Shown: one piece after another, positions 35,187 through 36,215 of the stretch
How the letters are laid out: every line of letters begins with the position of its first letter
Position numbering within the stretch: the first letter of the stretch is position 1
From: a virus
Lineage: Duplodnaviria; Caudoviricetes
IMG/VR virus record: IMGVR_UViG_3300012943_000690
Coordinates: 1-36,215 of that record
DNA length: 36,215 nucleotides
Reading direction: 5' to 3' (one strand)
The notes under the pieces: generated by a model
The model's input: the letters and a program-made list of their open reading frames with translations, nothing else
Told to the model about the DNA's origin: nothing
Database searches by the model: none
Translations under genes and position numbers: made by a program

Positions 35187-35470
35187 TCATCAGAGCGCTT
35201 CCTATCCTCGCGGCCATTGCCTGCCTGGCGGTGGTGCTATTTGGCTGCGGCACTGCACCGCCCGAGCGGGTGGTGACCCAGACGGTCTATGTCCCCACCC
35301 CTGTGCGCTGCAAGGCGGCCGCTCGCCCCTCAATCGAATACCCCGATTCCGACGAAGCGCTACGAACAGCGCCGGATATGTTCGAGCGTGTGAAGCTGCT
35401 GCTTGCGGGGCGGAACACAAGGTCTGCACGCATTCAGGAACTCGAGAGCAGCCTTAAAGCCTGCGAGTAA
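35183..35470 (+). CDS. Outer-membrane spanin lipoprotein (Rz1-like)
   Basis: Signal peptide with lipobox LFGC; V.VPTPV.C and C-terminal LKAC. Confidence 0.78.
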   Translation: MIIRALPILAAIACLAVVLFGCGTAPPERVVTQTVYVPTPVRCKAAARPSIEYPDSDEALRTAPDMFERVKLLLAGRNTRSARIQELESSLKACE

Positions 35471-35497
35471 CAACCCACCATTAAAGAGGGGGCGAAT

Positions 35498-35767
35498 ATG
35501 TCCGATCAGCGTTTTCAACAGATCTTGGATACGAGGGCTTTGGAGATGGCAACACGCGCCGAAACATTGATCCTCACGCACATCAACGAATGCGCGGAGA
35601 ACCGTAAGGCCATCATGGCGCGGTTCGATCAGGGTAGCATCGAGCGCAAGGCGCAACGAGACGAACTGAACCGGATCGTCAATCGCGGGCTGGTGTGGAT
35701 GATCGGTCTTTTGATTGTGTGCCTGGGGTATTTTCTGGCCCGCTTTGGCCTGCCGGGGATTCACTAG
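35498..35767 (+). CDS. Coiled-coil protein with C-terminal TM (possible holin/antiholin)
   Basis: GAGGGG RBS; HINECAE coiled coil then TM helix. Confidence 0.65.
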   Translation: MSDQRFQQILDTRALEMATRAETLILTHINECAENRKAIMARFDQGSIERKAQRDELNRIVNRGLVWMIGLLIVCLGYFLARFGLPGIH

Positions 35768-35990
35768 CCCTATTTTATAGACTATAAGAAAGCATACCCC
35801 CCTGTCGCGTGCGGCAGGCTCTTGCGAAAGCAAGCTCAGGGGCCGCCACCATGGAAGGGTGGCCCCCACTTTATTGGCCCCTTACGCCTCTCAACGATGC
35901 GCCTCAGAGGGGCCCTCTTATTCAGCGATCATGCGAATAAAACCCGCGCCGGACGGAATCCGGCATTACCAGAAGAAGGGATTATTCCCC

Positions 35991-36215
35991 ATGTCAGTAC
36001 GTGCAAAATTCAAAGTGAAGCAGATCACCCATCATTACGGCACCAGCTATAGCATCAAGATGGAAGCCGAATACGACGACAAGATTCCGGAAGACGTTCG
36101 TTTCTGCGAGGCAACCCCCAACGGGCATTTCGAAATGAGCGTCACAAATCCGGCTGTTGTGGAGCAACTCAAGCTTGGCAGGCAGTTCTATTTGGATTTG
36201 ACGCCAGCCGATTGA
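35991..36215 (+). CDS. Small phage protein of unknown function
   Basis: MSVRAKFKV...F.EATPNG..EM.VTNP.......G..FYLD.TPA is a recurring phage motif; AAGGGG RBS. Confidence 0.75.
   Translation: MSVRAKFKVKQITHHYGTSYSIKMEAEYDDKIPEDVRFCEATPNGHFEMSVTNPAVVEQLKLGRQFYLDLTPAD

Noticed and set aside
30107-36215. Diversity-generating retroelement or invertible tail cassette
   Set aside because: No reverse transcriptase, invertase or TR/VR repeat pair was seen
1-36215. Integrase/att sites, tRNA genes, CtrA boxes (TTAA-N7-TTAA), alternative genetic code
   Set aside because: None recognised by eye; genes read normally with the standard code; an integrase probably lies outside the window

Overview
Most of a temperate podovirus-type phage or prophage genome with lambdoid/P22-like organisation. 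The host is most likely an alphaproteobacterium (GcrA homolog, alpha-type SSB, DUF6362-like regulator). Layout: (i) leftward early operon, 1-6437 on the minus strand, with HNH, NinB, SSB, ERF recombinase, a pentapeptide-repeat protein and many small coupled ORFs; (ii) immunity region with five 434-type ACAA-N6-TTGT operators, cI and cro, and a 1.9-kb cargo between OL and cI (membrane protein plus ImmA/IrrE peptidase, a secreted protein, a second membrane protein); (iii) rightward early/replication operon with an antisense DUF4145/HEPN moron, RusA, an adenine methyltransferase coupled to GcrA, a replication initiator with internal repeats and a putative late regulator; (iv) P22-like morphogenesis genes (TerS, TerL, portal, scaffold, capsid, gp4/gp10/gp26-like tail, three ejection proteins), with a 2OG-Fe(II) oxygenase plus cupin pair in the slot where P22 has gp14; (v) tail appendages including an SGNH esterase, then the lysis cassette. 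No integrase, tRNA or CRISPR array was seen. All family calls come from motif recognition by eye, not from database searches.
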